From positions 77,704-141,703 of the forward strand of contig CAVSPR010000010.1 of assembly GCA_963729875.1 (NCBI GenBank): a DNA stretch of 64,000 nt. The letters are read 5' to 3'. Made by a program: the position numbers and the translations under genes. The stretch comes from an uncultured Acidobacteriota bacterium. Its GTDB lineage: Bacteria > Acidobacteriota > Vicinamibacteria > Fen-336. Position 1 is the first letter of the stretch. Each line of letters starts with the position of its first letter. Shown piece after piece: positions 46,665 to 54,709 of the stretch. The notes under the pieces were generated by a model. The model worked only from the letters and a program-made list of their open reading frames with translations, made no database searches and had not been told where the DNA came from.

Positions 46665-48532
46665 CTTCGGCCCCCGAAGAGATAGGTCGCGGGGCGGCTC
46701 AGCCCGTGCAGCCGGACGGACTCGCCCGAGCAGACGAAATCGGGGCCCGCGCACAGCTCGCGCTCGGTCTCCGCCGCCTCCTTCATGGCCGCGCGGACCT
46801 CCCGGACCTGGCGCGGGTCGGTGGCGTCGAAGTACAGGTCGTACTCCATCACCGCCCGCGTGCCGTCCGCCAGCGGGACGAGGTAGCCGAACGCGTGGGG
46901 GAGGCCGTGACGCTCGCCGATCTCCCCCAGGCGCTCGCAGGCCCGGGGCACGGCCCCCGGCTCGTCCAGCGAGCAGTAGAGGACGCGCGACACGAACTGG
47001 TGCCCGCGCCCCATCCGCGCGGGGAGGATGCGGAAGAGGTTGAGCCAGACGGAGTCGGCCGTCTCCGGCCGCCGGAGGAAGGCCTCGAAGAAGCCCCGCA
47101 GGTCCGCGTCGACACCGTCGTCGGGCACGCAGGCCCGCGCCCGCAGCGCCATCTCGACGAGCGGGCGCAGGCCGGGGGCGAAGAGCTCCTTGTAGCGCGC
47201 CTCCCCGCCGCCCTGCTCCATCATCCACTGGAGCTCGGGGTCGCGATCGAGGCTCGGGAGGGCTCGCAGCAGCAGGCCGCCCAGGGCGCGGCTCAGCACC
47301 GGCCCGGCGAACGACGGGATGGCGGCGAGGACGCTGCGGTCGCCGATGCACACGACGAAGGCCCGCACGCCGAGGCCGTCCTCGAGCGCCCTGCGGATCC
47401 GCGGGACGGCCGCCGGGCTGGGGGCGGCGAACATCGACACGTACGCCGTGCCCATCACCCCCAGGCCGGTCCCGATCCGGCGCCGGGCGATGTCCCTCGC
47501 GACCGCTACCGCCTCCTCTAGGCTGCCGCAGGGGACGAAGACGCAGTCCTCGTCGGGAGGGGCGGGGTGGAGCCGGATCTCCATCTCCGTGCAGATCCCG
47601 GCCTCGGCCGCGGACCGCGCGCCGGGAAGGGAGACCAGGTTGGGCGCGTCGGGGTCGCTCAGCCGGTACACGCGGCCGGTCGGGTCGACGAGCTCCGCGT
47701 CCACCACGTGGTCGATGCCCACGCCCCAGGCGTAGGACAGGAAGGAGTGCATGTTGGTGCACAGGACGTTGGCGCAGACGCAGGCTGCGGGCTCGGCCAC
47801 GCTGGCCCACATGCCGACCTTCACCGCTGCCGCCTGCAGGTCGAAGGCGAGGACCCCGGGTCCGACCGTGGCGGTCCAGCGGGGGCGGTCGATGCTCAGG
47901 CCGTTCATTCGCGCGAGGTCGATCACCAGGCCGTCGCTCAGCGCGCCCGCGAGGCTCGTCCCCGCGCCCCGGGCCGCGAAGGGGATCTCCCGGTGCCGGC
48001 AGGTCCGGACCAGGGAGGCGACCTCGGCGGTGGATCCGGGCAGGGCCACGTAGCGCGGCGGCGTCTCCTCGGCGAGGGGCGAGCGGGCCCAGCCGTAGCT
48101 CGCGAGGATCGCCGGGTCGGCGCTCACCCAGCCCCGCCCCACGCAAGCGACGAGCTCCGCGAGCACGGGATCCGCGCCCTGGCCGGCGGCGGGAGCGGCA
48201 AGCGTCGCCACCTCCTCCTTGAAGGCCTGGAACAGGCGCAGCGAGCGGATGCCGGCGGTGAAGTAGCACTGCTTGTCGCAGACCCCGCACTCCGTGCAGG
48301 AGCGGGCCACCTCCAGGAGGCCGTCCGTGACCGGCAGGGCGCCCCGGCGGAACGCGCCGATCACCCGCATCCGGCCCTGGGGATAGAAGGCGGCGAAATG
48401 CCGCTCCCGGCCCACGGGGCAGACGCCGATCCCCAGGAAGTCGATGCGGCACATCCCATAGCCGGGACAGCGGTCGGCGGCCTCCGCCTGCCGGGCGAAG
48501 CCGCTCGTCGGTCGCACGGCGACGGAGCTCAC
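46661..48532 (-). CDS. FAD-linked oxidase (FAD_binding_4/PCMH-type) with an N-terminal Cys-rich, Fe-S-like segment
   Basis: The probable GTG start at 48532 overlaps the SCP2 stop (GTGA); an alternative ATG is at 48454. Cys cluster CPGYGMCRIDFLGIGVCPVG...CTECGVCDKQCYF. FAD-binding block PRYVALPGSTAEVASLVRTCRHREIPFAARGAGTSLAG. The stop overlaps the reductase start (ATGA). Confidence 0.65.
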   Translation of the reverse strand: MSSVAVRPTSGFARQAEAADRCPGYGMCRIDFLGIGVCPVGRERHFAAFYPQGRMRVIGAFRRGALPVTDGLLEVARSCTECGVCDKQCYFTAGIRSLRLFQAFKEEVATLAAPAAGQGADPVLAELVACVGRGWVSADPAILASYGWARSPLAEETPPRYVALPGSTAEVASLVRTCRHREIPFAARGAGTSLAGALSDGLVIDLARMNGLSIDRPRWTATVGPGVLAFDLQAAAVKVGMWASVAEPAACVCANVLCTNMHSFLSYAWGVGIDHVVDAELVDPTGRVYRLSDPDAPNLVSLPGARSAAEAGICTEMEIRLHPAPPDEDCVFVPCGSLEEAVAVARDIARRRIGTGLGVMGTAYVSMFAAPSPAAVPRIRRALEDGLGVRAFVVCIGDRSVLAAIPSFAGPVLSRALGGLLLRALPSLDRDPELQWMMEQGGGEARYKELFAPGLRPLVEMALRARACVPDDGVDADLRGFFEAFLRRPETADSVWLNLFRILPARMGRGHQFVSRVLYCSLDEPGAVPRACERLGEIGERHGLPHAFGYLVPLADGTRAVMEYDLYFDATDPRQVREVRAAMKEAAETERELCAGPDFVCSGESVRLHGLSRPATYLFGGRR

Positions 48533-48897
48533 GGGAGCCCCCCCCCGGCGCCGCCGGCCCGCGCCGCCTCCTTCGCCGAAGCGGAGAGGATGGCGGCGAA
48601 CCGCAGGACGTCGAACAGGCTGCCCGAGGTGCGGATGAGCCCCTGCATCTTCGCCTCCAGCGGGTTCAGGGTCCCCGCCATCAATCGGTCCAGCGTGCCT
48701 TCGTCGAGCTCGAAGAAGGGTGAGGCGTCGTCGGCCGCCGGACCGAGCGAGGCCCGGCCCCCGTCGATCAGAAGGTGGATGCGTTCGGCCCCGATCGCGA
48801 GGCCGACGCACCTGTCCCAGCCCCGCAGCATGCGTCCCACGGAATCGCTCCGGTTGGCGGCCTCGACCAGCAGCCCGACCTTGCCCGCGGCGTCCAC
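48529..48897 (-). CDS. SCP2 (sterol-carrier-protein-2) domain lipid-binding protein
   Basis: 122 aa. ..FELDEGTLDRLMAGTLNPLEAKMQGLIRTSGSLFDVLRF is the canonical SCP2 C-terminal helix pattern. Confidence 0.7.
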   Translation of the reverse strand: MDAAGKVGLLVEAANRSDSVGRMLRGWDRCVGLAIGAERIHLLIDGGRASLGPAADDASPFFELDEGTLDRLMAGTLNPLEAKMQGLIRTSGSLFDVLRFAAILSASAKEAARAGGAGGGLP

Positions 48898-48916
48898 GAT
48901 CGATGCCTCCCCGCCC

Positions 48917-50371
48917 TCACGCCGTGACCGGGGCTTCGAGGTAGGCGTTCACGTCGACCTCCTCCATCCAGCGGGTGTCGGACCGCGTCAGGCGATGGCC
49001 GTGGCCCTTCTTGCGGGTGGCGTCGATGCCCGTCTTCACGGAGAAGTCCCCCACCCGGGCGGCGTCGGTCAGCTCGCCGGTCGCTTCCAGCACCACGACG
49101 TCGCGGGTGGCGACCACCCGCGTGTCCACCGCCCACTGCACGTCCTGCGGGTCGTAGATGTCCACGTCGGTGTCGACCACCACGATCCGCTTGAGCCGCG
49201 CGGAGAAGGCGAACAGCCCGCGGATGAGATCGAGGGGCTCGCTCTCGCTCCGCTTGTCGACCGCCACCACGAGCCCGGTGCCGGGCACGCCGGGCAGCAC
49301 GAAGAGGTCCTTCACGTTGGGGGAGATCAGGGAGACGAACCGCCGGGTCTTCGCGAGTTCGGTCATGTTCAGGGGGAGGATGAGCGACACCATCTCGAGC
49401 GACGTGCAGACCAGGCTGTGGAAGACGGGGGCCTCCCGCCGGCGCACGGCCGTGACGTTCACGCAGAACCCCTCGGTGGCCTGGCTGGCGATGAGGTCGT
49501 ACTCGGTGAACGGCCCCTCGCGGACCCGCTCGTCCGGGTCGATCGTTCCCTCGATCAGGAACTCGGCGTCGGCCGGCACGGGCAGGTCGACGGTGAGCCC
49601 CCGCGCCACCTCGTAGGGAGCGCCCTGGAGCGCACCGGCCACCGCGAGCTCGCTCTGGCCGAAAGGCACGCTCATGGTGGCCGCGACGAGCAGGGAGGGC
49701 GCGACGCCGACCGCGATCGCGACCTCCAGCCGCTTCCCCTGCCGCGACGCGCCGTAGAGGATCGACAGGAGGTCCCGCCTGGCGTTGACCATGATGGCCA
49801 GCCGCCGCTCGTCGAGCAGCTGGATGCGGTAGATGCCGGCGTTCAGATGGCCGGTGGCGTCGTCCCGGGCGATGGTGACGGCCGTGGTGAGGTAGGGACC
49901 GGCGTCCTCGCGGAAGTACCAGGAGGCAGGGACGAGCCGCGGGACGTCCACCTCCCGGTCCACGACGGTGTGCTCCCATTGGCCGCCGGCGGCCACGGGC
50001 TCGATCGGATGCGCCAGCGCCCCCATGACCGCGGCCTCCAGCTCCCGGTAGAGGCCCAGGAACATCGGGTTGGTCGCCCAGACGGGGTAGACGATGCCGG
50101 GCTTGCGAAGCCCCGCGTAGAGGCCGGCCAGCTCCGGCTGCATCGGGATGGTGGGGAGGACGCCCGTTCGCAGCGGCATGAGGAACAGGTTGCCGGCGGC
50201 CGTCACGCCCGGGTGGCCCACGATCTGCTCGAAGAGAACGGCCTTGCGGAGCGTCCTCTCCACCTGCCACTGGACCGCCGCCATCTCGTGCCGGGTCTCG
50301 ACCGGCCGCCGGACGCGGACCAGGTGCCCCAGGTCCTCGAGCTCCTCGATGTACTCTCGCAGGCCATTCAT
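48917..50371 (-). CDS. UbiD-family (prFMN-dependent) decarboxylase
   Basis: Intact 484 aa. Contains LFEQIVGHPG, NAGIYRIQLLDERRLAIM, GQSELAVAGALQGAPYEV, AEFLIEGTIDPDERVREGPFTEY and the C-terminal UbiD fold. Confidence 0.85.
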   Translation of the reverse strand: MNGLREYIEELEDLGHLVRVRRPVETRHEMAAVQWQVERTLRKAVLFEQIVGHPGVTAAGNLFLMPLRTGVLPTIPMQPELAGLYAGLRKPGIVYPVWATNPMFLGLYRELEAAVMGALAHPIEPVAAGGQWEHTVVDREVDVPRLVPASWYFREDAGPYLTTAVTIARDDATGHLNAGIYRIQLLDERRLAIMVNARRDLLSILYGASRQGKRLEVAIAVGVAPSLLVAATMSVPFGQSELAVAGALQGAPYEVARGLTVDLPVPADAEFLIEGTIDPDERVREGPFTEYDLIASQATEGFCVNVTAVRRREAPVFHSLVCTSLEMVSLILPLNMTELAKTRRFVSLISPNVKDLFVLPGVPGTGLVVAVDKRSESEPLDLIRGLFAFSARLKRIVVVDTDVDIYDPQDVQWAVDTRVVATRDVVVLEATGELTDAARVGDFSVKTGIDATRKKGHGHRLTRSDTRWMEEVDVNAYLEAPVTA

Positions 50372-50390
50372 GGCCGAGGCTCCCCGGGGG

Positions 50391-51209
50391 TCAGATCAGT
50401 CTGCCGAGCTCGGACCCCCGTCTCTCGTTGCGATACTCGGACAGCATCTCCGTCGAGATCTCCACCTTGTCCCGGAGCCACGCGAGCGCCTTGCGGTTGA
50501 ACTCCAGGTACGGCTCGAAGGGAAGGCGGTACCCCAGGGAGTGGATGAGCGACATCACGACGCCCAGGCACACCGGCTGCGCGCGGTAGCTCGTGGCGTA
50601 GTCGGACTTGTGTCCTCCGTCGCCGAGCACGTTCATCTCGTGGAGCTCCTGCGACGTGCTCTTGTGGACGGCGCCCTCGAGCTCCTCCGGGGAGAGGTAC
50701 TTGACGAGATCGAAGAGGTCGTCGCCGACGTAGTCGACCACCGGGTGCTCGAGGGTGATGCCGAACGCGCGATACAGCTGGTCGATCATCTCCAGCCCCT
50801 TGCGCGTCTGGTCGACCCACAGGGCCATGGTGATGTTCGCGCCGTCGAGCACGTGGGCGACGTCGTTGTCGAGGCAGTACATGATCGTCCGCACGTGCAT
50901 CCCCATCCGGCAGTGCAGGCAGAGGGAGGCCTCCATGAGCCCGTGCCGGAGCACGGAGCGGAGCTGCTTCTTCGTCAGGATCTTCTCGATCACCGCCCCG
51001 GCCGGCATCATCACGTGCGTGAAGCGCACGCCCGGGAACGCCTCCCGCAGGCGGGGCACGTTCCGCCCGGCGAACTCGTCCAGGCACGAGACGGGGACCT
51101 CGTAGGTGAGGAGGACGATCTCCTCGAACCGGCCCGACCGGGCGGCCTTGGCGGCGGCGAGCGTGCAGTCGGAGCCGCCGGAGAAGAGCACGACCGCCCT
51201 CGCGCTCAC
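50391..51209 (-). CDS. PP-loop (adenine nucleotide alpha-hydrolase superfamily) ATPase-like protein, function unknown
   Basis: The N-terminal VVLFSGGSDCT resembles the SGGxDS PP-loop. An internal CLHC motif is present. The GTG start overlaps the upstream stop (GTGA). Confidence 0.55.
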   Translation of the reverse strand: MSARAVVLFSGGSDCTLAAAKAARSGRFEEIVLLTYEVPVSCLDEFAGRNVPRLREAFPGVRFTHVMMPAGAVIEKILTKKQLRSVLRHGLMEASLCLHCRMGMHVRTIMYCLDNDVAHVLDGANITMALWVDQTRKGLEMIDQLYRAFGITLEHPVVDYVGDDLFDLVKYLSPEELEGAVHKSTSQELHEMNVLGDGGHKSDYATSYRAQPVCLGVVMSLIHSLGYRLPFEPYLEFNRKALAWLRDKVEISTEMLSEYRNERRGSELGRLI

Positions 51210-51421
51210 GCCGCCCCCCTTCCCGGTTTCGCCTGCTCGATGATGTCGAACATCACGCGAAAGAACTCGTACCGCCTCCAGACCGGCAGCCGGGCGAGGG
51301 CGAGCGCGAACCGGCTCTTCAGCCGGATCGTCGGGATCAGCACGAAGGTCGAGAGGACGAGGAAGCTGAGCGCGGCTCTCCCCACCCTGACCGTCCTGTG
51401 GGGAGAGATCATCTCTTCCAT
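51206..51421 (-). CDS. Small single-TM protein, first gene of the 11-gene operon (hypothetical)
   Basis: 71 aa from the ATG complementary to 51419-51421: MEEMISPHRTVRVGRAALSFLVLSTFVLIPTI... The stop is coupled to the next gene. No recognisable family. Confidence 0.35.
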   Translation of the reverse strand: MEEMISPHRTVRVGRAALSFLVLSTFVLIPTIRLKSRFALALARLPVWRRYEFFRVMFDIIEQAKPGRGAA

Positions 51422-51589
51422 GCTGTGAGCCCCCGCCGGAGGGTTCTCGTGTGCCTCACTGAACGCCCAAGGCGCCGGCAACCTCAATAGTGCAAGTGGA
51501 CTACGCACCGCCGGGGACGGCACGACTCACTGCTATTCTTGGTCCGCCTCGAGTCGCCGTCGGGTGCGCGTGGACGAAGGAGGGCCAGT

Positions 51590-53155
51590 GTGGGCAAGAA
51601 GATGAAGAGCGCGGGACCGCCGCCGGCCCCGCCCGGCACGCCGGTCCCGGCGGCGGGCGCTGCGTCGCGGGCCCTCCTGCTCCTCGCCCCGCTCCTCTCC
51701 GGCGCGGCCATCATGGGGCTCGAGCTCGTCGGCCTCCGGCTCCTCGCCCCGCGCTTCGGCGCCTCGACGTACGTGTGGGGAGGGCTCCTCGGGACGATCA
51801 TGGCGGCGCTCGCCGTCGGCTACCTGCTCGGCGGGGCGCTGGCCGACCGGCGCCCGCGCCCCGCGTGGGTCTTCGGGCTCCTCGTCGCGGGCGGGGCCTG
51901 GGTGGCGGGGAGCCTCCTGGTCACGGAGGCGGTCCTCGACGCGGCCGAGCGGCTCGGCGCCACCCTGGGCCCCCTCCTCGCGACCGGCGTTCTCCTCGGG
52001 CCCCCCATGCTCCTGCTCGGCTCGGTGTCCCCCTTCGTCATCCGGCTCGAGGCCCAGCTCTCCTCCCTCGGGGTCACCGCCGGGCGCGTCTTCGCCCTGT
52101 CGACCGCGGGCAGCCTCGCCGGCACGTTCGTCGCGGCCTTCTGGTGGATCCCGGATTACGGGTGCCGTCACACGCTCCGGATCCTGGTCGCCGCGCTGGT
52201 GGTGCCGGGGATGCTGGGGCTCGCCTGGCCGCGCTCCCGCGCCGCGAGGGCGGCGGCGGCCCTCGTTCTCGCCGCCCTCCCCCTCCTGGCGCCGGACGCG
52301 CCGCTCCCGCCGGGCATCGTCTTCGCCGAGGAGTCCCCCTACAACACCGTCTTCGTCGAGAAGCAGGGAGAGAACACGCTGCTGCGACTCAACGACCCCA
52401 GGCGCGGCTTCCACTCGGTGCAGCTGGGGCGGGGAATGCTCACCGGGGCCTACTACGACGTCCTCTACCTCGGCCCGCTCCTCGCGCAGGGAAGGGACGT
52501 GCTGGTCCTGGGGATGGGCGGAGGGACGACGGTGCGCGCCTACCGCCGCTTCTACCCCGGCGCCCGCGTGAGCGCGGTCGAGATCGACCCCGTGATCGTC
52601 CGGGTCGCGCACGAGTTCATGGGCGTCGCGCGCGGCCCCGACCTCGACGTGCACGTCGAGGATGCCCGGCCGTTCCTGAAGCGGGGGAAGAGCGCCTTCG
52701 ACGTGATCGAGGTCGACCTCTTCGCGGGCGGCCCGTACGCGCCCTTCTACTGCCTGACCCGGGAGTTCTTCGAGGCGGTGCGGGCGCGGCTCGAGCCCTC
52801 CGGCCTCGTCTCGATGAACGTCTACGCGCCCGGCGGCGACCGCACGCTCGCCGAGGCCGTCGTGGCTACCCTGGCCGCGGTGTTTCCCACCGTCCTGGAG
52901 TTCCCGCTCGCCGAGGAGCGGGTGCTGATCGCGTTCAGGGAAGAGACCTCTCTGGATCGGGTCCGCGCGCTTCTCTCCGACCCCGCCCTGCCCGAGGAGC
53001 TCGGAGCCGTCGCGCGTGAAGCGACGGTCGCGCTGCGACCGGCGACGCCCGGCCGCGGGGCCGTTCTGACCGACGACCGCGCCCCCGTCGAGCCGCTGAC
53101 GCACGCGATGATCGTCCGCCGGGACCTCCTTCGCGAAGGGAGCCGTCGGCACTGA
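51590..53155 (+). CDS. Fused membrane domain / spermidine-synthase-like protein (second paralogue in the window)
   Basis: Start is GTG 51590 or ATG 51602. N-terminal TM helices (LLSGAAIMGLELVGLRLLAPRFG). C-terminal domain DVLVLGMGGGTTVRA..VSAVEIDPVIV..FDVIEVDLF..PFYCLTREFFEAVRARLEPSGLV. Confidence 0.8.
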   Translation: MGKKMKSAGPPPAPPGTPVPAAGAASRALLLLAPLLSGAAIMGLELVGLRLLAPRFGASTYVWGGLLGTIMAALAVGYLLGGALADRRPRPAWVFGLLVAGGAWVAGSLLVTEAVLDAAERLGATLGPLLATGVLLGPPMLLLGSVSPFVIRLEAQLSSLGVTAGRVFALSTAGSLAGTFVAAFWWIPDYGCRHTLRILVAALVVPGMLGLAWPRSRAARAAAALVLAALPLLAPDAPLPPGIVFAEESPYNTVFVEKQGENTLLRLNDPRRGFHSVQLGRGMLTGAYYDVLYLGPLLAQGRDVLVLGMGGGTTVRAYRRFYPGARVSAVEIDPVIVRVAHEFMGVARGPDLDVHVEDARPFLKRGKSAFDVIEVDLFAGGPYAPFYCLTREFFEAVRARLEPSGLVSMNVYAPGGDRTLAEAVVATLAAVFPTVLEFPLAEERVLIAFREETSLDRVRALLSDPALPEELGAVAREATVALRPATPGRGAVLTDDRAPVEPLTHAMIVRRDLLREGSRRH

Positions 53156-53413
53156 GGGCCCCGCCCGCTCCTTCGGGGGAGAGAGCGAAAACGTACTCTC
53201 GGTGTACACATACCGTTCCCCCCAGAACCACCAGTGACACGCGAATCACCGGATGAATCATCGGCACCATTGCCCGTAGCAGGGGGGGCCGGTAAAAAGA
53301 GGTGTGTTCCAGTGTCGTGGTGGGGGAGAGGGTTTCGGAGATTCCGCACTCCTTCCCAGGGTTTTCACCTGACAGGAAGATTCGATCGCTCCCCGCCCCC
53401 CAGCGACAATGGA

Positions 53414-53427
53414 CGTTAGCGCTAACG
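53414..53427. promoter_or_regulatory. Perfect 14-bp palindrome CGTTAGCGCTAACG in the leader of the omcS-like gene (candidate operator or RNA hairpin)
   Basis: Self-complementary by inspection. Lies 42 nt upstream of ATG 53469 within a 313-bp comparatively AT-rich intergenic region. Confidence 0.3.
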
Positions 53428-53468
53428 AGTCAGCTGAAAACCCGTCATCTCCAAGGAGAAGCGTACCG

Positions 53469-54602
53469 ATGAAAGCCTACAAACTCCTGATCCTCGCGGC
53501 GGCTGCCGTGCTGGTGACGGGAGCCCCGGCTCTCGCCTTCCACGACGGCGGCGTCGCCGCCTGCAACGGCTGCCACACCATGCACAACAGCTCGAACGGC
53601 CAGCCCATGAACTACAAGGCCGATGGCACGATCGGCGGCACCCCCGTCGGCACCGGCTACACCGACCTGCTCCTCTTCCAGAACAAGTCCGACGTGTGCC
53701 TGCGCTGCCACGGCAACAACACCGCGTCCTACGGCGTGTGGTCGTCCGACCCCGCGGCCCCGAACGTCGTCCGTGCGAACCGGGGCGGCGGCGACTACGT
53801 CTTCCTGCAGGAGGACAACATCAACGACGGCCGCGGCGGCGCCACGAACCCGATCCTGGGTCACGCGGCGGGCCACAGCGTGATCTCCGGCATCAAGGGC
53901 ACGTCCGCCGACCCCGTCCTCACGACGTCCCCCGGCGGCACTTTCGCCGCCGCCAACCTGGCCTGCACGTCCTGCCACGACCCGCACGGCACGGGCTCCT
54001 ATCGGCTGCTGTACCAGTCCGGCCAGAGCGTGAACACCGCGGTCTTCACCAGCACCTTCGACGCCGACGGCATCGCGCTGTCGACCACGGTCGGGGAGTC
54101 GGCCACCAACCACAACGCCTACAAGGGCGGCATCAGCGGCTGGTGCGGCACCTGCCACGGAAACTTCCACGCGAAGTCGGGCAACCTCATCCACCCCTCG
54201 GGCGAGCCCCTGGGCGACGACATCGCGACGGCCTACAACCTCTACAAGGGCACCGCGGACTGCATCGCCAACCCGCCGACGGGAACGCTCCCCTGCGGCA
54301 GCGGCGTCCAGGCCACGGCCTACCTGCCTCAGGTGCCCTTCGCGGACGCCTCAGCGACCATCACGTCCACCGCGGGGCCCACGTCCAACAGCGCTGTGGC
54401 CTGCATCAGCTGCCACCGCGCCCACGCCACCTCGGCGCCGAACGCGGGCCGCTGGGACTTCAACATCCTGGGCATCGCCACGGACGGCAACATCTCGGGC
54501 TCCTACAAGATCCCGAACCCGTACGACGACTACCAGCGCTCGCTGTGCAACAAGTGCCACTCCAAGGACGAGTTCGACGAGCTGGAGGACTTCGTTCCCT
54601 AG
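53469..54602 (+). CDS. omcS: OmcS-family hexahaem c-type cytochrome (candidate nanowire-forming subunit)
   Basis: AGGAG RBS 10 nt upstream of ATG 53469. Signal peptide ..GAPALA then FHDGGVAACNGCHTMHNS. Six CXXCH motifs (CNGCH, CLRCH, CTSCH, CGTCH, CISCH, CNKCH). Blocks SPGGTFAAANLACTSCHDPHG, ISGWCGTCHGNFH, CISCHRAHA and YQRSLCNKCHSKD parallel my recollection of G. sulfurreducens OmcS (FHSGGVAECEGCHTMHNS, ..CSSCHDPHG, ..WCANCH.., ..CLSCHRAHA, YQRALCNKCHAKD). Confidence 0.85.
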   Translation: MKAYKLLILAAAAVLVTGAPALAFHDGGVAACNGCHTMHNSSNGQPMNYKADGTIGGTPVGTGYTDLLLFQNKSDVCLRCHGNNTASYGVWSSDPAAPNVVRANRGGGDYVFLQEDNINDGRGGATNPILGHAAGHSVISGIKGTSADPVLTTSPGGTFAAANLACTSCHDPHGTGSYRLLYQSGQSVNTAVFTSTFDADGIALSTTVGESATNHNAYKGGISGWCGTCHGNFHAKSGNLIHPSGEPLGDDIATAYNLYKGTADCIANPPTGTLPCGSGVQATAYLPQVPFADASATITSTAGPTSNSAVACISCHRAHATSAPNAGRWDFNILGIATDGNISGSYKIPNPYDDYQRSLCNKCHSKDEFDELEDFVP

Positions 54603-54623
54603 AGTCCCGAACTCGAGCGTGTA

Positions 54624-54653
54624 GCCCGGGGCGTGAGCCCCGGGCTTTTTTTT
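54624..54653 (+). terminator. Rho-independent terminator directly after the omcS-like gene
   Basis: GCCCGGGGC-GTGA-GCCCCGGGC (perfect 9-bp GC stem, 4-nt loop) followed by T8. It starts 22 nt after the stop codon. Confidence 0.8.
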
Positions 54654-54686
54654 CGGGCGGACCCCCTCGGGGCGGGGGGAGCGACC

Positions 54687-54709
54687 TGGTGCAAATGGTG
54701 CAAATGGTG
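54687..54709 (+). promoter_or_regulatory. 9-bp direct repeat (TGGTGCAAA x2.6); candidate sigma-54 -24/-12-like element or regulator site ahead of the downstream cluster
   Basis: TGGTGCAAATGGTGCAAATGGTGG. Read as TGGTGCA-N4-GTGCA, it has GG and GC at the spacing of the TGGCACG-N4-TTGCW consensus. It sits between the terminator and the barrel gene. Confidence 0.25.

Noticed and set aside
47567-50500. 977-aa plus-strand ORF across the FAD oxidase, SCP2 and UbiD genes
   Set aside because: It has no motifs and a composition-driven sequence, and it spans three well-supported minus-strand genes.
51422-51523. N-terminal extension of the small first ORF of the operon (51206-51523)
   Set aside because: The extension is Pro/Ala-rich without features. 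The internal ATG at 51421 gives a compact single-TM protein. Even that call is low confidence.
51422-51589. Promoter calls in the divergent region between the 11-gene operon and the spermidine-synthase-like gene
   Set aside because: I found no hexamer pair with acceptable spacing. TTGCAC (minus strand, about 51488-51493) lacks a matching -10 element.
53409-53468. Upstream ATG at 53409 as the start of the omcS-like gene
   Set aside because: It adds 20 non-hydrophobic residues ahead of the signal peptide. ATG 53469 has an AGGAG RBS at ideal spacing and starts directly with a canonical signal peptide.
53156-53468. tRNA or cyclic-dinucleotide riboswitch in the long omcS leader
   Set aside because: I could not find a T-arm (GTTCGAATC-like) or the GEMM-I conserved core by eye. 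It is left as a check to run, not a call.
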